Notes under the pieces: generated by a model
What the model saw: only the letters and a program-made list of their open reading frames with translations
Databases searched by the model: none
What the model was told of the DNA's origin: nothing
NCBI GenBank assembly: GCA_965227295.1
Contig: OZ245742.1
Location: 1-64,000, forward strand
DNA: 64,000 nucleotides
Source: Leptonemataceae bacterium
GTDB taxonomy: Bacteria > Spirochaetota > Leptospiria > Leptospirales > Leptonemataceae
Direction: 5' to 3'
In this document: piece after piece, positions 59,910 through 64,000 of the stretch
Numbering within the stretch: the stretch's first letter is position 1
Layout of the letters: the number at the start of each line of letters is the position of its first letter
Program-made: the position numbers and the translations under genes

Positions 59910-60800
59910 ATGATGCGGACGTATCCGAAACAGTTCCATCGCTGGACCATGATCGCACTGACCTGCGCCCTCACGGCCGGCCGCTGCTTTTCCACTGGCG
60001 GCGGTACGAGTATGGATGCGTCCGCGCTTCTACCCGTTCTGGCCCTGGGCCCGTTGGTCAGCGCAAACACGACGACCTCGACGTGCCCGGCGAATGCCGT
60101 GGCCCTGCCGGACAGCACCGCCATCGCGGACGCCGTCAACAGCGCCCCGGGGGCCGGGAGCGGGTCCTACTCCGACAGCAGTCTCGCCGTCAACGCGGTC
60201 TGCGGCGGCGGGAGCAGTAGCGGCTCCTTCGACGTCTTTCAGCTGGATGCCACCGAAAGCGGCTCCGTGATCATCCTGGAATGGTCCGGGCGTAAGGTAA
60301 ACAACGGCAGCGGCATCGACTTCGTGGTGTACGAGAATGCCTTCAACTACGGAGACGGCACGCGCTTCATGGAGCCCATTGTCGTCGACGTGCGCGACGA
60401 CATCAGCGGCAACTATTGCGGTTTTGCGGCGAACTATACGAACGGCGACGAAACCGTTTACAGCAACGATCCGTCGCTCTGGACGAACTTCGCCGGCATT
60501 ACGCCGGTACTGATCAATCAACGCAACACGCTGACCGAGGCACAGATCTTTGACACGTCGGTCGGGGGCGGCGACGGCTTCGACCTGGATAACCTGAACA
60601 ACACGGCGGAATTCGGCAACGGCTGCGACGCGACCGCCCGGGCCAACATACTCGCCAACGGTTTCACGCTCGTTCGTTTGCAATCCGCATCCAGCGTAAC
60701 CAACGCCGACTCCGGCAGCAACTTCCCGGTCGACTCCGGCGCCTTCGGCGGCGGCCCGGACATTGACGGAGTCATCGCGCGCAATATTACGGCGCGGTGA
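59910..60800 (+). CDS. Cell-surface lipoprotein, candidate cobamide-binding protein
   Basis: DFVVYENAF...EP..V, GGDGFDL, PDIDGV motifs; operon context. Confidence 0.6.
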   Translation: MMRTYPKQFHRWTMIALTCALTAGRCFSTGGGTSMDASALLPVLALGPLVSANTTTSTCPANAVALPDSTAIADAVNSAPGAGSGSYSDSSLAVNAVCGGGSSSGSFDVFQLDATESGSVIILEWSGRKVNNGSGIDFVVYENAFNYGDGTRFMEPIVVDVRDDISGNYCGFAANYTNGDETVYSNDPSLWTNFAGITPVLINQRNTLTEAQIFDTSVGGGDGFDLDNLNNTAEFGNGCDATARANILANGFTLVRLQSASSVTNADSGSNFPVDSGAFGGGPDIDGVIARNITAR

Positions 60801-60810
60801 ACATCAGGTC

Positions 60811-61929
60811 ATGGAAAGTCCTCCGGCGAAGGATCCACGGCTCGCGTCGGAACTCCGACGCCGCATCGATCAAAAAACCAAGCCGCCCGGTTCTCTCGGC
60901 GCCCTGGAAGACCTGGCCCTACAACTGGGCCTGATCCAGGAAACACTCCGGCCGGAGATTCGGCAGCCCGCGGTAACGATCTTCGCCGGCGATCACGGCA
61001 TTGCGGCGGAAGGGGTGAGCCCGTATCCGCAAGAAGTCACCGCTCAAATGGTGGAGAACTTTCGGCGGGGCGGCGCCGCCATCAACGCCTTCGGACGCGC
61101 AAGCCAGGCTGCGGTCTTCATAATCGACACCGGCACGGCCGTAGAATTTGCGCCGGAGACTAAGTTACTCTTAAATGATTTTAGTCGCCTGCCACCGAAC
61201 GAGCGCGAAAGTGATCGACGCATCGTCGATGCAAGGGTTCGCGCCGGCAGCCGTAACGCCCTGCGCGAGAATGCGCTTCGCCCGGAAGAAGTCGACACGG
61301 CCTTTGCGCACGGTGCGCAGCTCATCGAAGCCCTGCACCGTGCCGGAACCAATACGATTCTCCCCGGCGAAATGGGCATCGGCAACACTTCCAGCGCGTC
61401 TCTGTTGCACGCTCTCTTGACGGCCGTGCCCGTGGCGGAGTGCGCCGGCCGCGGTACCGGCCTCGACGACGCCGGCCTCGCCCGGAAGATTGAAGTCCTG
61501 GCACGCGCGGAGGCACGCATCCGCGAAGAGCACAAAGCACCACCGGGAACCCGAATGCCCGCCCGCGCCGCCATAGAGGCCGTCGCCGGCTGCGAAATCG
61601 CCGTGATGATCGGCGCGATGCTTGCCGCCGCGGAACGGCGCATGATCATCGTCGTGGACGGTTACATCGCCGGGGCCGCGGCCCTCGCCGCCGTCCGACT
61701 GGAACCGCAGGTGCGCCCGTGCTGCGTTTTTTCCCATCGCTCCGCCGAACAGGGACACGCGCGGTTGCTGGATGAACTCCAGGCCCGGCCGCTGCTGGAC
61801 CTCGGTCTGCGCCTGGGCGAAGGCACCGGCGCCGCGCTGGCCCTGCCGCTTTTACGCGCGGCTACGGCCTTCTTGAATGAGATGGCTTCTTTCGAAGAAG
61901 CGGGGGTGAGCGAGCGCCCGTCACGCTAA
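60811..61929 (+). CDS. cobT: Nicotinate-nucleotide-DMB phosphoribosyltransferase
   Basis: KTKPPGSLG.LE, FAGDHG, GEMGIGNT, RLGEGTGA. Confidence 0.95.
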   Translation: MESPPAKDPRLASELRRRIDQKTKPPGSLGALEDLALQLGLIQETLRPEIRQPAVTIFAGDHGIAAEGVSPYPQEVTAQMVENFRRGGAAINAFGRASQAAVFIIDTGTAVEFAPETKLLLNDFSRLPPNERESDRRIVDARVRAGSRNALRENALRPEEVDTAFAHGAQLIEALHRAGTNTILPGEMGIGNTSSASLLHALLTAVPVAECAGRGTGLDDAGLARKIEVLARAEARIREEHKAPPGTRMPARAAIEAVAGCEIAVMIGAMLAAAERRMIIVVDGYIAGAAALAAVRLEPQVRPCCVFSHRSAEQGHARLLDELQARPLLDLGLRLGEGTGAALALPLLRAATAFLNEMASFEEAGVSERPSR

Positions 61930-61940
61930 GTGAGTTTCAT

Positions 61941-62744
61941 ATGAAGTTATCCCTGCAACGCGAGCTGCATGTCCTGTACACGGCCGTTTCGTTTCTCACC
62001 CGCATCCCTGTTCCCGAGTTTCCGTTTCGCGACGAGTATCTTTCCGCCGCGGCACGTTACTCACCGCTCGTCGGGGCCCTGGTAGGCACGATCGGCGCCG
62101 GCGTGTATGCCGCCGCGACCTTGCTCTGGCCACCGGAAATTGCCGTCGCCCTGTGCCTTGCGACCACAGTATACGTCACCGGCGCTTTTCACGAAGACGG
62201 TTTCGCCGACTTCTGCGACGGCTTCGGCGGCGGCTGGACCAAAGAGCGCATTCTGGAAATCATGAAGGATTCGCGCACGGGCGCCTACGGGGTCGTCGGC
62301 GCCGCGCTCATGCTGCTCGTGCGCTGGGCCGGCCTGGTAACGCTTGCGCAACATCACGTGGTTGTTCTGGACCGGAATGTTTCGCTGGCGATCTGCGCGC
62401 TGGTCGGCGGGCATAGCATCAGCCGATTCTTTAGTGCGACCTACATCTACACTCACGAATACGTCCGGGAGAACGAGGACAGCCGGGCCAAACCCATGGC
62501 AAAATCCATGACGGGCCTTAGCTTTTTGTTCGCAGCAGTTACGACCAGTCCGGCGCTACTGCTGTTGCCGCTTCCGTATTATTTTGCCGCGGTACCGCTG
62601 CTGATCTTCTACGTCTGGTTCGGCCGTCTGCTGGTCCGGCGCATCGGCGGCTACACCGGCGACTGCCTCGGGGCCGCGCAGCAAATTTCGGAAGCGTTGT
62701 TTTATCTGAGCCTGGCGGCCGTGGCCCGGCACATTTCCGCATAG
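61941..62744 (+). CDS. cobS: Cobalamin synthase
   Basis: FLTRIP, TGAFHEDG.AD..DG, IMKDSR.G, GGYTGD.LGA. Confidence 0.95.
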   Translation: MKLSLQRELHVLYTAVSFLTRIPVPEFPFRDEYLSAAARYSPLVGALVGTIGAGVYAAATLLWPPEIAVALCLATTVYVTGAFHEDGFADFCDGFGGGWTKERILEIMKDSRTGAYGVVGAALMLLVRWAGLVTLAQHHVVVLDRNVSLAICALVGGHSISRFFSATYIYTHEYVRENEDSRAKPMAKSMTGLSFLFAAVTTSPALLLLPLPYYFAAVPLLIFYVWFGRLLVRRIGGYTGDCLGAAQQISEALFYLSLAAVARHISA

Positions 62745-62745
62745 C

Positions 62746-63369
62746 ATGTACGTCTATCTCATTCGCCATACGAGCACCGACACCCCGCGCGGCCTGTGCT
62801 ACGGCCGCACGGATGTCCCGCTCACCGCAAACTACACGGCGGAACGCGACGATGTATTACGACGCTTACGAGGCCTGCGCGCGGACCTGGATCGCCCGGA
62901 ACCACGGCGCATCTATGCCAGCCCGAGCACGCGCTGCCGACTTCTCGCAAAAGATTTATCGCAAGAATTTAGTACCGCCAAGCTAACAGAAGACCCACGC
63001 CTCATGGAACTGAACTTCGGTGCCTGGGAAAACCGTATGTGGGATGAGATCCAGACGAACGACGGTGAGCGACTGCGTGCCTGGGGCGATGATTTCGTGA
63101 ACACGCGCTGCCCGGGCGGCGAGTCCACGGCGGATCTACAGAGGCGTGCTACGGCGGCCTGGTCGGAAATAATCGCAACGAGCACGGGAAACACGGGCGA
63201 AGAATCGGATGCGATCCTTGTAGCTCATGGTGGATCGATTCGCGCGATCCTGGTAAACATCCTCGGCATGCGTCCGAAAGACGGCTTTGCGCTTGCAATC
63301 GAACGCGGTCGCATTGCGGCGATCCGCGCAGATGGCGCCGGAGTAAAACTTCTGCGCCTCAATGTGTAG
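62746..63369 (+). CDS. cobC: Alpha-ribazole phosphatase
   Basis: LIRH, CYG.TD, E.NFG.WE, PGGES, AHGG; follows cobS. Confidence 0.85.
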   Translation: MYVYLIRHTSTDTPRGLCYGRTDVPLTANYTAERDDVLRRLRGLRADLDRPEPRRIYASPSTRCRLLAKDLSQEFSTAKLTEDPRLMELNFGAWENRMWDEIQTNDGERLRAWGDDFVNTRCPGGESTADLQRRATAAWSEIIATSTGNTGEESDAILVAHGGSIRAILVNILGMRPKDGFALAIERGRIAAIRADGAGVKLLRLNV

Positions 63370-63378
63370 TAGCGCCGT

Positions 63379-64000
63379 TCAGTGTTGATGGTCCACGAAC
63401 ACGATGCCCGCCGGCTCGAATCCGAGCCAGGACGAGCCGAGTTGATACCAGGTCACACCGTCCGTGGAATAGGCCCCGTATCGCCCACCGTCCTGGTGCA
63501 GAATAAAACGTCCACCGAAGAACTTCATTTTGCCGTAGTACGTCCGGTCCAGGTTATCATAGCCGGGATCGTTCCAGGTTTTGCCGCCGTCCGTGCTCAC
63601 GAAAGTCCGATCTCCCATGGACAGAACAAAACGACCGTGGCCGTATGCCACCGCGCCCGTCCAGGAACCTTGATGGATCAGGTCGGTCCAGGTCTGCCCG
63701 CCGTCCGTCGACCGCATTGTATAGGCACCACCGGCAGCTACGAAGACCCCGTCTCCGTAGGTTACGGAAGCGAAATCGGCGGCCGCCGGAGCACCGGCCG
63801 TTTGGTCATGAGTCCAGGTAATGCCGTCTTCACTGCGAACCCGACGGCCGTCGTCTCCTACGGCGACAAACACACCGCCGCCGTACGCAATGTCGTTCAG
63901 GTCGGGGCCGCCGCTGATCAGCGCGCTGTGATACGCGTTGCCGTCGAAAATGAGGCGTAGCCCGGCGTCACCGACGGCCACAAACTTATGTTCGCCGTAC
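63379..64000 (-). CDS. Beta-propeller/BNR-repeat protein, 5' end outside window
   Basis: Repeated S.DG.TW and YG.G.FVA motifs. Confidence 0.75.
   Translation of the reverse strand, partial: YGEHKFVAVGDAGLRLIFDGNAYHSALISGGPDLNDIAYGGGVFVAVGDDGRRVRSEDGITWTHDQTAGAPAAADFASVTYGDGVFVAAGGAYTMRSTDGGQTWTDLIHQGSWTGAVAYGHGRFVLSMGDRTFVSTDGGKTWNDPGYDNLDRTYYGKMKFFGGRFILHQDGGRYGAYSTDGVTWYQLGSSWLGFEPAGIVFVDHQH

Overview
Bacterial window, probably Leptospiraceae/spirochaete-like (inferred from protein families, not proven), in three parts. (1) 64-6971: heavy-metal efflux cluster (TolC, His-rich adaptor, CusA/CzcA, CDF). (2) About 7150-43230: a complex accessory island built from three copies of one module: DUF6908-like ORF, small ribbon-helix-helix (RHH)-like ORF, conserved hairpin, RHH-thermonuclease (absent in copy 1), 13-bp tandem repeats and TGTGGCCACA palindromes. 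Two modules feed into head-to-tail arrays of 1.25-kb IS1595-like transposase units; the third ends in a truncated unit. Intact units are open in one frame from end to end, get their stop codon from a conserved 8-bp spacer (TGTWCTAG), and carry a 22-bp-stem/8-nt-loop leader hairpin in two alternating sequence types. The last unit of array 1 reads on into a winged-helix domain. Two module copies form about 2.2-kb inverted repeats around a giant Hint/ParB-tipped polymorphic toxin and its putative immunity gene. The island also has a Gabija-like OLD/UvrD pair, two group II introns, an IS481 and an IS5. (3) 43278-64000: ordinary genes (fabI, glutaminase, desaturases, dps/Fur, catalase-like, encapsulin with ferritin-like cargo, cobalamin riboswitch with cobT/S/C), plus an unexplained ~331-bp intergenic repeat family found only between convergent genes. 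All family assignments are by eye; no searches were run.
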